A DNA stretch of 63,147 nucleotides, filler included, from Asterionella formosa (Eukaryota), in NCBI GenBank assembly GCA_002256025.1. It is 17 parts of 17 records of this genome, joined end to end, with 100 filler letters (N's around TTAATTAATTAA, not from the genome) between each part and the next. Parts side by side here need not be neighbours in the genome. Positions count along the whole stretch, not along the records: positions 21,155 to 42,180 come from NKIB01003132.1; positions 42,281 to 43,578 come from NKIB01003141.1; positions 43,679 to 44,977 come from NKIB01003142.1; positions 45,078 to 46,376 come from NKIB01003143.1; positions 46,477 to 47,775 come from NKIB01003145.1; positions 47,876 to 49,173 come from NKIB01003147.1; positions 49,274 to 50,571 come from NKIB01003148.1; 10 more parts are not named here. One strand, written 5' to 3'. Positions 36,721 to 49,497 of this stretch are shown here, one piece after another. The notes beneath the pieces are model-generated. The model was not told the DNA's origin and searched no databases. It was given only the letters and a program-made list of their open reading frames with translations. The translations under genes and the position numbers were made by a program. Position 1 is the stretch's first letter, and each line of letters begins with the position of its first letter.

Positions 36721-36904
36721 TACCTGGTACACCTACTGATATATAGCTGGTACCAGGTACCGTAATAATTCTTAAAAGGTGGAAGTTTAGTCCAATATAT
36801 ATACCGGTAGTCCAATCGTAAACATACGGGCAGTCCAATCTTATACATTACCATCATCATCAAATGTGCTATATATTGGTACCTGGTACCAGGTACCTGG
36901 TACC
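36721..36904. repeat. GGTACC-W arrays upstream of the ARM gene
   Basis: GGTACCTGGTACCAGGTACCTGGTACC at 36878-36904, plus related motifs at 36721, 36749 and 36802. Confidence 0.8.
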
Positions 36905-37214
36905 GATTCATGAGGATTTTGAGTGGAGGAACTGGGGATGGAGACTGTGGAAAGTGTCTTTGTTGCTGTCGCAATGATTCAGGAAGCATGCGATGATCGG
37001 CTTGATGAATTTTACATCAAAGAGTCGCATCCTTTCAGTGACATCTGAGTGGAGGAGACGCTCCATTTTTCTTGCAAGATTCAAGATCAACTCAAGCTTC
37101 TCATGAGAATTTTTCGTTTTTGCAACCTCAATAATCTTGTCAAATTCTATGGACCCACTTTTCCGGTTTTTCTTTGGTGCTGTGGGGATGGTAGCAGCAT
37201 CCGTTATTCCAATT

Positions 37215-39880
37215 GCATAACTTCCGCTGGCCATACATCCTATCTGTTCGGTACCGCCTGCTCAATGGGAGTATTGCTGACCGAATGCCCTTCTGAGTGG
37301 TGACCTCTAGGGTCTGTTTTGCTTGAGTCAGTCCGATATTCCACCTTTCGCTGAGTGTCTCATAATTCACTTGAGCATGCCGGTCCGACGAAACAAAAAC
37401 GGTACATCCACTTGGGTTGATTTAATGTATCGAACATCTCTTAAAGTCTCCGCCATCTCTTTGAAGCAGTAGATGGACGATATCTGGGACAAGAAAGGCT
37501 CGACGCCAATTGTGGTGTCCTTCACCTCCACAGATTGTACGAGGGAAAGGTTGACAGTCTGTGGATTCCATTCGGTGTTGCAGGTTAAATGAACATGAGT
37601 ACAAGTATCAAGTTCACGCTGGGTGGGAGTGGTAGTCTCCAAGAAGATGTTTGTTCCACTGATCTGCAGCGGAATATCGATTTCCGTTGTCGAGATTGAC
37701 AGCAGTGCCGCTTTATCGAATGGATTGTTGTTGACAACCACTCCGGAAAATCGTAATTGGTTAGGGTTGAGGAGGCTGTGTTCAAGCTTGTTGCAAAAAT
37801 ACAGTCCCTCATTGATAATTAAAATGAAGGTCTCTCCGCTTTGTTGGCAAGTAAATGCTGTTGCTCCGCAAACAATAGGGATGTCTCGTTTTGGTTCGTA
37901 AGCACCTGCATTGTATGGAATGACATCGCAGGCACGTCCTGTAAAGTAAAGAGGTAAAAAATTACAGCCAAGAGCGCAGGTGTCAGCGTGAGAGTCAAGT
38001 TCGATTTTCGCAGAGCGCTGGGTTAGTTGTGTAAGTGCAGATATAGATAATTGGTGAGACAAGAGCGGCTTCTGATGCGAAGAACGATATGCCGCTATCT
38101 CAAGTCGATCGCTTTTGCTTCGTTTTGCGCTTTCTCCCCCACCAAAAGAATTGTCAGCATTTGATTTCTTCGGCGTATCCGACTTGTTGTCATCGCATGT
38201 TCCTGAGCCGCTACCGGCTGCTGCCTTGATAGAACTGATGATGGCGGAAGCAAGTTGCTTTGTTGTCATCTCGGAAATGGTACGCTTCGATCCGCCTTGC
38301 TCTCCTTTCTTGTCATGTTCCTTTCGGACTCGATCACGCTCCTCATATGAAATTTTTTCTCATTCTGTTGTTGAGTAGTAAGTGGTTTTCTGTGGATTGT
38401 TTCCGCGCCCACCGCGACCTCCGTGACTGCGGCCGGCACCGCAACCCTGGAAGCCACGACTGTCGCCGTGGCCTCCGCCACGATGTCCGCCACAGCCGGT
38501 TGTGTTTGTTGCGTTAATTTGTCTGGATAGCTGATAATCAGACGTTTGTGACACCTCAGAGTTTAAATGTTTCGCTGCGACAGTAAAGGTAATACCACTT
38601 GTATACTTGTATTGAGCTGGTATCTGAGTTGAGCAACTGCGGCAGATATGCCGGAGCTCTGCACTTTGGACAATAGCTCGTTGTCTACTTTCGCTCTCTC
38701 GGACAAAGGCTCATTCTCTTCTTCGAAGATCGTGAACATACGTTGGAGTGAATCCAAGAACTTGTTAAAAGGTAATGCACGCTCGGTCTTGTAGTGGAGG
38801 GACGATTGAATCTTCTTGGCGTTGGCAATCCTATGTGTGGAATTTCCTTCGCCAGCGTAGTGCCGCCTCAACGCAACCATGTCCCTACGACCGTCCTGAT
38901 AACAAGAGATGGAACGAATCCAATTTTCTGTCTGTTTGCCCTGTAAAAACAAACCAAGTAACAATGTATGCACATGTCTCGCATCCACGATGTAATACTG
39001 ACCGGTACGGGGGCACGATGGATCATGCGCTCGTTGAATGAGCCATAATCGGCCTCAGCTTAGGGATCCTCCTCTGCTTCTCTTACCACATAAGACAACC
39101 GTATGCCGCTAACGCCGGGAATGACAGCCAAGTAGTTGATAAAGGCCTTTTCTCACTCAGGCCACTTCCTCTCATCTTTCAATTTTCCCGGATCAGCAGC
39201 CTTGGAATTAGTAGCCACAAGATCCATGTCGGACTTCCTGTTCTGCGCAAGGCTCAACGATTGATATAGAATCTCAACATTGAAATCGTTGTGGTCCAGA
39301 ACGTCGGTAACTCGATGGCAATCCTGGACCCAATGCATAACACCTGTCAATTTCTCTGTACGTCCAAGTCCAAAAACAATCTTGCCGTTTGCCATGCTAG
39401 TACGCTTCCCAAATTCGTGTGCCATGTCACGAATGTCTTTTTCTACTAGATAATGGTAATCCTCAAACTCGCTTATACCTGCTGCCATGATGTTTGTACG
39501 TTCGACAGCGACCTCAAAACCGATTGCCAACAGAACATGGAGGACTTGCTTCGACAAAGTTATTCGCCATGATAATGAGTAGATTTTCTGGGAAAAGAGA
39601 ATGGTAGTAATTCGCAAACGCAAATGCATGTCGTCAGTGGATTCTCGCTGTAAAGAATAGTACTTGTGTGCAGGCAGCACAGTTACGCCAATGCCGTCGT
39701 TGAGTGATCAGTTCAACTCCGGCCACAATCGCTATCGCTTGCTGGTCGTCTGCGGATACCCGTCGGTACAACTCGAGTGCACACAGTCACCAATGCCTGC
39801 GAGTGATCGTCATCATCCAAATTCGGTACGCACACGTGACACTACATACTGATTATGAAAAATTCGTTACGAACAAGTGA
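37215..39880 (-). mobile_element. Truncated, decayed CoDi-type Copia element (gag, protease, pre-integrase region)
   Basis: Gag ADPGKLKDERKWPE and DGRRDMVALRRHYAGEGN; protease IELDSHADTCALG, SLLNPNQLR; LSERWNIGLTQAKQTLEVTTQKGIRSAILPLSRRYRTD. Confidence 0.88.
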
Positions 39881-39936
39881 CACCGGACGCCTCATTTTCA
39901 ATGGTTCAATTCGACGCTAGTACTAATCGCTCGCAC

Positions 39937-40772
39937 TGTAAGATATGAAGTGGCAATGGTTGGGTCTGCTCTGAGCAAGGATTCTTGATCAGTTTGTGTT
40001 TCTGTTTTTGCGATAGGTTTCACACAATAACATATTAGACTATTTTGCTTTCAAGATTGTCTTGTGTGCTATCTAAACTACGTTTATCTCTACTGATATT
40101 TGTTGGTTTCCCTCACGCTTACCCTGCGCAACCAGACTTTACGTCTCCAGACATATGTCAAACATTTCCCGCCAGTTTCTACGACTACGAGGAAGATCTC
40201 CTGATCAAAACCTTGCAAACATGAATCCTCCCCAACGCATCGAAGCCCCTGCTTTTGTCTTCGCACTATCCCCGGCACTCGCCAACCCAGCTCCTGTGGA
40301 CTACAACTCAAGCGAAGGGATGAAGTTGTACAAGTCCTCCACGGAACAACTTCATCACACGTTCGATGGAGAAACCGGTAACATCCGTTTGTTTCTTCAA
40401 GCCCTTCAGCAACAAGCGGATGCCTATGGATGAGCGGGAGTGCTTACTGTGCCCGACGATCAGGGCATCGGTCGAAATCTCATTACGGAGTATGGTCGAG
40501 TCACCATGGCCAATGTGATGGCGCACGCCGCTACTACACATGTGCATACTCAAACTCGGGATGCACAAAATAGTGCTCAGCTATTTACGTGCGTGTATGA
40601 CTCTCTGTCGTTGGAGGCACTACTGAAGGTTTCTACAGACTCTGCAGCATACCGGCGCCTACCCTCCCCAGCGAATCCTGCGGTAGTGGTGGCAAGTGGT
40701 GCTTGTTTCCTAAAGCTCATTGTCACTTGGTGCACAGTCGATAGCAGGTCTACAGTGGCCACTATCAGGCGC
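39937..40772 (+). mobile_element. 5' part of a second CoDi element: putative 5' LTR (39937-40115) and gag start
   Basis: TG...TTCCCTCA boundaries; gag FALSPALANPAPVDYNSSEGMKLYKSSTEQL...FDG...ADAYG*, with a probable TGG>TGA stop. Confidence 0.78.
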
Positions 40773-42180
40773 TGAGGGAAACCACCGAATATCAAATACA
40801 AATAAACGTAGTTTAATAACCAATAAGACAGGATCAATATCGAACGAATCTATTTTAGTTATATGAGATAGTATCGTCATTCCCACAAAAGGCAACTCAT
40901 CAACCATCAGTTGGATCACTCACAAAACGGCAACAAGAGAAGACCGGGAACATTCGAATATACATGAATGACACCTGTAACATCGCCCATACCACCTCTC
41001 AAATCGATACTGATATCGCCACCAAACATTGTCAAGGAGGACCCAGCAGCTTGGATGGAAACGGCATCGGCATCTGAAGCAAGTTACAAATCGAATCCAA
41101 CAACAACCGAAAACAAACCCGGAAACCCATCAGATACTTTCATACCGGGATCGTATGACTATTCACCCGTAGGAACTTCGAATATTCTCACACTCCCTTA
41201 TTTGAGCAGACAACTTGCGCAACATACACGTGCAGGTCACCAGCGCTGCAATGATTTGCGATGATGCAGAAAAGTCATAAGGGGGAGTGGCTTGGTGAAC
41301 ATATCAGCCACTTGATCCTCCGTGTCGACATGCTCAATGCGGATAATTTTGCGCCGGACATGATCACGAAAGTGATGGTACTTGATATTGATATGCTTGG
41401 TATGTGGGCGCATTTTCGGCGTACGAGCCAATTCGAGCGCCCCAGAATTATCTTCAAACAGGGTACACCGAACTGCAGGCACAGCAAGCACAGCAGGATC
41501 AAGTTTCTGCTGAATCTCCGTCAACAGACGCATCAGTGGAATTGCGTCACGCAGCGATTGGCTAAGACACACATACTCTGCCTCAGTGGTGGACATAGCA
41601 ACCTCTGTCTGTAGCTTGGAGGCCCACATGATCGGACAGGATGCATATGTGATTGCATACCCACACTGTGATTTCGCCGTCATCGAATCACTAACACTCG
41701 TTTCTTTATTCCAATTGCCACAGAAATTGGCATCTGCCCAAACAACAAATGAATGATCATCCGGAAGCAGGATTATTCCCTGATCGACAGTCCCAATCAA
41801 ATATTGGACAATGTTCCACACAGCCACAGCGTGGGAGGCCTTGGGATTAGCGGAGAATCGAGCGCATTGATGAACCACATACGCAATATCCGGTCGAGTG
41901 GACTTTTCCAAGAAATTGAGCTTCCCAATAATGGATCGGTATGACCAGTGCTTGGCAAAATCCTCACCATCAATGTCTCGCTGCAGAATGACCGTAGAGG
42001 ATGCGGGAACTCCCTTGGATTTCGTGGTATTCGTAAAGCCAATATCACTGGCAATGGCCGCTATGAGGTGGGGTTGTGTAAGGGAAATTGAGTTCGAATC
42101 AGCAGACAGCGTCACCTTGATCCCTAAGTAGTCGGAGATATTCCCTTCATCTGTCAGGTTAAAACTAGCCCGCATGAGCT
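40773..42180 (-). mobile_element. 3' part of a CoDi Copia element: RT/RNase H, PPT (41193-41203) and 3' LTR (40773-41192)
   Basis: YLGIKV, YRSIIGKLNFLEKSTRPDI, STTEAEY, FEDNSGA, HINIKYHHFR, ADMFTKPL; purine tract AAATAAGGGAG followed by TGTGAG...TTCCCTCA. Confidence 0.9.
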
Positions 42181-42280
42181 NNNNNNNNNNNNNNNNNNNN
42201 NNNNNNNNNNNNNNNNNNNNNNNNTTAATTAATTAANNNNNNNNNNNNNNNNNNNNNNNNNNNNNNNNNNNNNNNNNNNN

Positions 42281-43578
42281 GTGGAGAAAGATGGTTTGGA
42301 ATTTTTGCAACCACAGCACTGATGTTCAGTCCACAGCAAGCATCGAGATTTTACAAAACTTCCCGATGACCAATTTTATCAATATATGTTCATTCTGATA
42401 ATATCGACATTCGCCATGACGGTATTGCTCTCGTGTACATCGAATACTAGCTATGCTAGATAGAAATCAGCCATAAAATGGTGGAGCAAGATGGTTCGGA
42501 ATTTCCGTTGCAACAGCACTGGTCATGCAGCAGTCCACAGCAAGCACCGAAAATTTACACACCTTCTTGGCTGATGACCAATTCGATTTATGTATGTTCG
42601 TTCTGAGAATATCGATATTCTAAATGACGGCAGGGATCTCGTGTACATCGAATACTATGCTTGATAGAAATCGGCCTTCAATTGGTGGAGACAGATGGTT
42701 TGGAATTTTTGTTTCTACCGCACTGGCTAATGATCAGTCCACAAGCACAGTGAATTTACACATCCTGATGTCTCCTTTGATCAATATATGTCTGTTCTGA
42801 GAATATCGACATTCAAAATGACAGCATTGATCTTTTGTACATCGAATACTATGTTTGATAAAAATCGGCTTTCAATTGCTGGTTGGAGAAAGGAGGTTTG
42901 GAAGTCTTGTTGCCACAGCACTGATCACAAGCATACGAAAATTATACTCATCCTGATGCCTCCATTGATCAATATATGTTCAATCTGAGAATATCTACAT
43001 TGTCCATGACAACTTTGATCTCCTTTACATCGAATACTTTGCTTGATAGAAATCGGTCTTAAATTAGTGGAGAAAGATGGCTGATTTGGAATACTGGTCA
43101 TGCAGCAGTCCACAAGAACCGAAATTGTACACATCCTGATGACCAATTTGATCAATATATGTCGGCATTGATCTCGTGTACATCGAATACTTTTCTAGAC
43201 AGAAATCAGCCTTAAAATGTTGGAGCAAGATGGTTAGGAATTTTTGTTGCCACTGCAATTACAATCAGTCCACAAGCACCGAAAATGTTTTTTCACATCC
43301 TGATGAACAATTTGATCAAAATATGTTCGTTCTTAGTATATCGACATTCATTATGACGCCATTGATGTCGTGTTCATCGAATATTATGATTGACAAAAAT
43401 TAGAATTAAATTGGTGGAGAAAGATGGTTTGGAATTTTTGTTGCCACAGCACTGATGATCAGTCCACAAGCATCCGAAAATTTACACATCCGGAGGCCTC
43501 CTTTGATCAATATACGTTGGTTCTGAGCATATGAACATTCGACACAACTTCATTGATTTTGTATACATCAAATACTAT
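42281..43578. repeat. Diverged satellite, unit of about 200 bp, about 6.5 copies
   Basis: GTGGAGAAAGATGGTTTGGAATTTTTG...CAGTCCACAAGCACCGAAAATTTACACATCCTGATG...GTACATCGAATACT recurs at about 42281, 42481, 42685, 42882, 43067, 43219 and 43414. Confidence 0.92.
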
Positions 43579-43678
43579 NNNNNNNNNNNNNNNNNNNNNN
43601 NNNNNNNNNNNNNNNNNNNNNNTTAATTAATTAANNNNNNNNNNNNNNNNNNNNNNNNNNNNNNNNNNNNNNNNNNNN

Positions 43679-44394
43679 GCATTCACTTTCTCAGCTGTAA
43701 ACCCGTGTCTCCACCTAGCCTCACTACATCCATCCCTCCTCTTAACGGTGCTATTTACGTCCACTGTCAAATTCTTAAGGAGGTTGTATCAAGTGCTGCT
43801 GAGGCCGAATTAGCTGCTTTATTCCACAATGGCAAAGAGGCATATGCTATTCGCACCATTCTTGCTGAGCTTGGTCATCCCCAACCTTCTACCCGTATTG
43901 TCACCGATAATAGCACTGCCAGTGGCATCGCCAATGATACTGTCCGACAAAAACGTTCCAAAGCTATGGATATGCGTTATTACTGGGTACGCGATCGGGT
44001 TCGCCAAGGCCAATTTCTTGTATACTGGAAAAAAGGTAGTTTGAATCGTGCTGATTATTTCACTAAACATCATCCCGCTTCCCATCATATGTTGATGCGC
44101 CCGCACTACCTCCATTGCCCTCCATCCCTCCCTAGTCCTCCTAACTATTATGCGTGCTTGGCTTCCGATGCTGATAGCATCTCCCTCCCCGCTCCTGTTC
44201 TCCTGCCTGCATCTGTTGGTGAGGGTGTGTTAATATCTGCATATGATGCTCCATACATGCGCCGTACGAACCATACCGGCGCAGCCACCAGATTAGGTAC
44301 ATGCGTGAGTGCTGACAACGATGTACTTGGAACAGCAATAGAATAGTCATAATATTGTAGTTCACCTTTATTCACGATAAGGTTCCCCTCAACA
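43679..44394 (+). mobile_element. Copia RNase H end, PPT and short 3' LTR (44228-44394)
   Basis: SSAAEAELAALFHN, TDNSTASGIAN, KRSKAMDMRYYWVRDR, NRADYFTKHH; GGTGAGGGTG followed by TGTTAAT...CTCAACA. Confidence 0.9.
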
Positions 44395-45077
44395 CCTTGT
44401 ACTCAAGTCAAGGTTTCTCAGATTGTAAAATAATTGAAATTACTTCAAAAATATCAATCATGCCAACCGGTTCTCCCATATTTAATATTACCAAATTCGA
44501 TTCAAGACTTATGCCGATACTCCCACTAATTTCGATCCCACTTTCTGTCCCCAAAAAAGTCATTTCACGACTTGACTTTTAAGACTCTCAACATCCCCCG
44601 GAGTCTTTGTACCTGGTACCAGGTACCTGGTAACATCCAACAGCAACCAGGCACTAGCATATGATGGACAGTATGCATTTGAATAGCAGAATAATATAAT
44701 AATCAAACGAGCGGCGCGGCCGAGATATTCTAAATCTTGAACGGTCATTCTGGGGCAGTACTCTGGAGCGCGCTACGTTGGAAGAAGGGCCATTAATTTC
44801 AACGCTGGTACTGGTACCACCGGTATTATATTCGAACAAGCAAGTACCAGGTACCACCGGTAGTCATCAATAAGTTTCTGTGCCTGTTTTATCCGCAAAA
44901 CAAATCCTTATTCCCATCCTGTACAACATCCTTCATCACGGTGTCGCATGTTCGTTCCCTTCCACCAAGCACCATCANNNNNNNNNNNNNNNNNNNNNNN
45001 NNNNNNNNNNNNNNNNNNNNNTTAATTAATTAANNNNNNNNNNNNNNNNNNNNNNNNNNNNNNNNNNNNNNNNNNNN

Positions 45078-45946
45078 CATAGTGTATTCAACCTGTAAAT
45101 AAACAATATTATTCAGGTGATGACTAACGTGAGATATACTCAACGAGTCATTATAAATAGCATCGCTATTATCGCACATACCTCTGTAATGGCGATCAGC
45201 AATCTGCTGTGGTGTAGTAGGGACAAAAGTCACTAGCTGACCAGCAGGAGGGTTCGTGCCCACTGAAATTTCCTGGGCAGATGTATTCTCGGTAGGATCG
45301 GCACGTGGCACGGTACCCCAACCGGATGGATGAGTATTATGACCCCATGCATTTAACATACGAGCATGTGGAACAGGCACAGGGTTAGCAGTGTCAGTAT
45401 GATAGCTTTCCGTAGGATTGCTGTGTACACCGCCTCCACGACCACCAAAATGTCCTCGTCTACCGAAACTGGAACGGCCATATCCATTATGACGACCAGC
45501 CATACGACCTGCTCGACCACCTTGAGTACGAGGATTTTGGAAACAATTGCCCCAAGTATGTACACTTTCAGGATGTACCGGGCAAGGACCACGATAATCA
45601 TGGTATGTACGACTGGCTTGTAGAGCTTGATGACGAACAGTTGCCTGACGATCCCATGCGCGTCCGGCTGCATTGACAATAGCACGCGCTCTTCCACGAC
45701 CACTTGGAGTAAAATTATCCTTGTAGAATTGACGTCTGACACGCTCGTTTTCTTGATGCATCACACGATTGCCTTCAGCAATGCGAAGACGGTTCTGTGT
45801 GATTGTTTGAAAACTGTTCTTGGGAAGATGCTTGTTTCGATCCTTAAACGATTGTTGACTCTCGAAGTAAGCGAGAACCGAGCGAATCGATTGGTCTGAA
45901 GTCTTTGCATGATTTAATTCAAACTCTTGTTGCCACTCATCGGGCA
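45078..45946 (-). mobile_element. Gypsy-like gag fragment interrupted by a MITE
   Basis: MPDEWQQEF...YFESQQ, atypical knuckle CPVHPESVHTWGNC and an RGG-rich tail; family assignment inferred from motif style. Confidence 0.62.
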
Positions 45947-45948
45947 TA

Positions 45949-46376
45949 CATCTAAGCCGCGTATTACGTGAAGTGACCATCACATAAATAAGCCTAGTTG
46001 ATTTTGAATGCATCACATGAATTAGTTGAATACATCAAAATACGTAGTTGAATATATCTATATATTATCTGAATACATCACGTTAAATATTTGATCAAAG
46101 TATCATGCATGCATTCCTGATCATCACTATATTATGTGATCACGTTCACATAATTATTTGAAATACTTCACATAATTATTTGAAATACTTCACATAATTA
46201 TTTGAAATACTTCACATAATTATTTGAAATACTTCACATAATTATTTGAAAATACTTCACATAATTATTTGAAATACTTCACGTAATTCTGTAATTTCGT
46301 TCACATAATTCTAGAATAAAGTTCACTTAATATGTAACATTTGTTTACGTAATTTTCTGGAGTTCATTCAACTAAA
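45949..46376 (+). mobile_element. CATCTAAGCCGCG MITE with an expanded 22-bp internal tandem array
   Basis: TA|CATCTAAGCCGCG; TTCACATAATTATTTGAAATAC x6 at about 46145-46277. Confidence 0.85.
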
Positions 46377-46476
46377 NNNNNNNNNNNNNNNNNNNNNNNN
46401 NNNNNNNNNNNNNNNNNNNNTTAATTAATTAANNNNNNNNNNNNNNNNNNNNNNNNNNNNNNNNNNNNNNNNNNNN

Positions 46477-47774
46477 TTTTTTTTCAGAACACACCATTTT
46501 GTCTGAAGAAGACCAAATGCCATTTCTATTCTTATCCTTAGCTGTGAAAGGAAAAAGTTAAATGTATCCTGTGTTGGATCATCACGTTGTGAGCCAACAA
46601 AGGGAACAAGCATTACATCAGACAATGTGTAAGCTGCATCGCCGACCAGATAAAAACCTGTGTTGAATGCTGCAACTTGATCGAAAATGGAAGTTCGTTC
46701 AAAAGCTACTTGGTCACTGCATTTTCCCGGTGCAATTACACCAAAATAAATAAATCTTGAGTCAGCATCACAAACAGCCTGGACATTGATTCCATAAGTC
46801 ATGTAGTGACCGGAAAAAAATGAACCAGGGTTGTTGCCACTTTCAACTATAGTCGGGCGGTTGATGGTGGCAAGGAAGCCGTCAATAGCACCAACACATC
46901 CTCTCATCACGCCCTCTGAGCTTTTGCATTCAAAGCTGGAAGCCAATTTGATAAATTCTTCTTTTTCTTTTGGAAAAATAATTTCGAGTTCTTCACAGTT
47001 TAGTACAGCATCAATGAACAAATCACGACATCGATAAAGTGAAGCAATGCTACAACCGTAGGCATGACGAATGTCGATGTAACTGCCACCAGCCAGCCAT
47101 CGCAAACCAATGGCTACCACAATTTCGGGAATTATGGGCTCAGAAGTGCCACATTTGGAATAATTCCCTGCAATCTGAATTTCCAGCATGGAGGTGAGTT
47201 TTTTGAATGCTCTGTGTGACATTCTGTATGTCTTCTCGAAAGCAATCTCGTGATTGAGTTTCTCGACATGTGATTGCCAGGAGATTCTTTCGTGGTGCCA
47301 CTTGTGCCTTCGTTGTCGTCGTCGTTCAGATGACTGAAGCTGCCGTTTACAGCGTCGCCTTTGTCGTTTGGATGAGTGTTCTTTTTCCTCTGCTTCCTTA
47401 GTTAAATGACAGAGGAAGAAGAAATCAAGATCACTACTGTCATCGTCATTATCATCAAGTAAATCAAATGGCGACGACATGATTCATGCAAATGTGTGTT
47501 TTTAATATTATATTTAGTTTCCCGGTAATTATATTTTGTTGTTGCTTGATATCAAGACCATCATTATATTCTGGAGGGATATACACATGATCTTCGCCAG
47601 CCTGTTGCCGTTGAAGATTCATTTTACTCCATGATACAATGTGATCACAAATTAGTGATACAGTGACACTTTTGGAATGAATGAAATTCAGTTCAAATCG
47701 AGTTACCGTTGCTGATACATTTTCAAAAAAATTCAAATTCCGTGATACACGAAAAAAAATGATAAGAACGACCC
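46477..47774 (-). mobile_element. Autonomous-type PIF/Harbinger transposon: transposase ORF 47480 to <46477 and terminal TIR
   Basis: GCVGAIDG, YGINVQAVCDADSRF, GKCSD, YLVGDAAY and FNFFLSQLRIRIEMAFGLL (DDE_Tnp_4 type); TIR AATGATAAGAACGACCC ends at 47774. Confidence 0.93.
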
Positions 47775-49320
47775 TNNNNNNNNNNNNNNNNNNNNNNNNN
47801 NNNNNNNNNNNNNNNNNNNTTAATTAATTAANNNNNNNNNNNNNNNNNNNNNNNNNNNNNNNNNNNNNNNNNNNNTAATCACCAGAGTCGAAAATTTATG
47901 ACTTGTGCTGAGGTGAGTAGCTAGTTACTAATAAAAGTATTAACATCTAAGTAATTTGATAGAAATCAATCTAACATTTCTAATATACAGTATTTGGCTA
48001 TACTATAGTTATAGCCAAATAATGTTGACAACAGTCGGTCATTAAAATATTTTGGGGGAGTAAAGCGTCTTAAACATGTCAATATCACATTTCCAACAAG
48101 AATTGACAACCAGCTCGAGTGATGATATATACGTTCTATGGCTGCTACAGATTATTTAGTAAACTTTATAGTATGCTAGCTATTGTTAAAGACCTCGACA
48201 TTGTGGAGGTTATGAAGTCATACTACCCCCCACCCCCAACTGAGGTCATTTTTAGTTTTGTGAATTGCTTAAGGCAAGACACGCCAAGGTAGTCTCTTTC
48301 CTGCAAGTATAGACTACATGTGTTCGAGGCTGAGTGGCGTGAGTAGGTTGACCATACAAGTGGCGCCAAGAAGGTCACCCTATGAGTGCCATCCCAGCCA
48401 AGTACACGTGTATACGAGAAGGCATGTAGCCATCAAGAAGAGTATTGTTGAGGCAATTCCTGTTCCAGCTATCGTCTTGCCAATCGGGTACTTCTAAGTA
48501 ATTTTTAGGTTTTAAGTAATTTGTTAAGTAATTTTTATTTAAGGGCAATATGGGGCACATCGATGTTTTCGGCATTAAAATTGTCAATTTTAGCATGACA
48601 GCAAGAATAACGGTAAAATACATAGAAAGGGTACAAAAAGCAGCGTAAAACACACAGGAATGATTGTAACATGCAACATCAATGAAAATTAAACATGATG
48701 TTTGGAGCAACCAAATTAAGAAATGCGGTGTAATAAGTAGCGTCAAATGAGAAATAGAAGAAATTGTTTTGGGTTAGAAATGAAGTAAAAAATAGGAGTT
48801 TCAATGGAGATGTATGCATTGTTGTAGCACTTACACAGGCAACGATGACTTTCCATCACACCATCGAAGAGCGAAATGAAACAGATAAGAAGAAAAAAGC
48901 TCAACCCAATTGAAATCTGCATCGTGATGTAGCGTAGCCTAGATGATCTGTTTGCTCCAACCATGAACATCGCTGTAGTAGCCTGACCCAAGTTGCTTGC
49001 AGTCCTTCCGCCCACAGTCGTTCCTCCCACCAAACAACCCTGATCATCATTCCATTCCAATCCATTCTGATTGAGTGTGATCGCCAGGCTGCTCCAGCAC
49101 TATCGACTCCCTCTAGCTGAAAATACGTAGCTTGTGATATGAACTCATAGTAGAAATGAAGCAAATCGCGTTANNNNNNNNNNNNNNNNNNNNNNNNNNN
49201 NNNNNNNNNNNNNNNNNTTAATTAATTAANNNNNNNNNNNNNNNNNNNNNNNNNNNNNNNNNNNNNNNNNNNNGGTCATTTTGCTTAAACTAACATTTCA
49301 ATCTGGGATAAAGACAGCTA

Positions 49321-49497
49321 AATCTTAAGTTTCAGCAAAATTACCACTTCTTGCTGGTGAATGGAGACAACAATTATGAAATTCCACACATGGGGAAGGC
49401 AGCATTAGAACATGCAGGGTTACCTCCAGATATGCTACCTGCAGGAGAAACAACAATTGGATTGGCAAGACCATTTTCTGATGAGAAGTTTAAATAG
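49321..49497 (+). pseudogene. C-terminal remnant of a plant/stramenopile-type (DD39D-like) Mariner transposase
   Basis: Frame from 49357 reads VNGDNNYEIPHMGKAALEHAGLPPDML, matching the remembered G.N.Y.IPHMGK..LE..G.LP tail of this group. Confidence 0.68.

Noticed and set aside
42281..43578. CRISPR array or hammerhead-ribozyme (retrozyme) satellite
   Set aside because: There are no unique spacers, as whole units are homologous. CTGATGA and GAAA are present but stems II and III do not pair convincingly.
47876..49173. Coding gene on this short contig
   Set aside because: Short ORFs in several frames without recognisable motifs or a consistent splice model.
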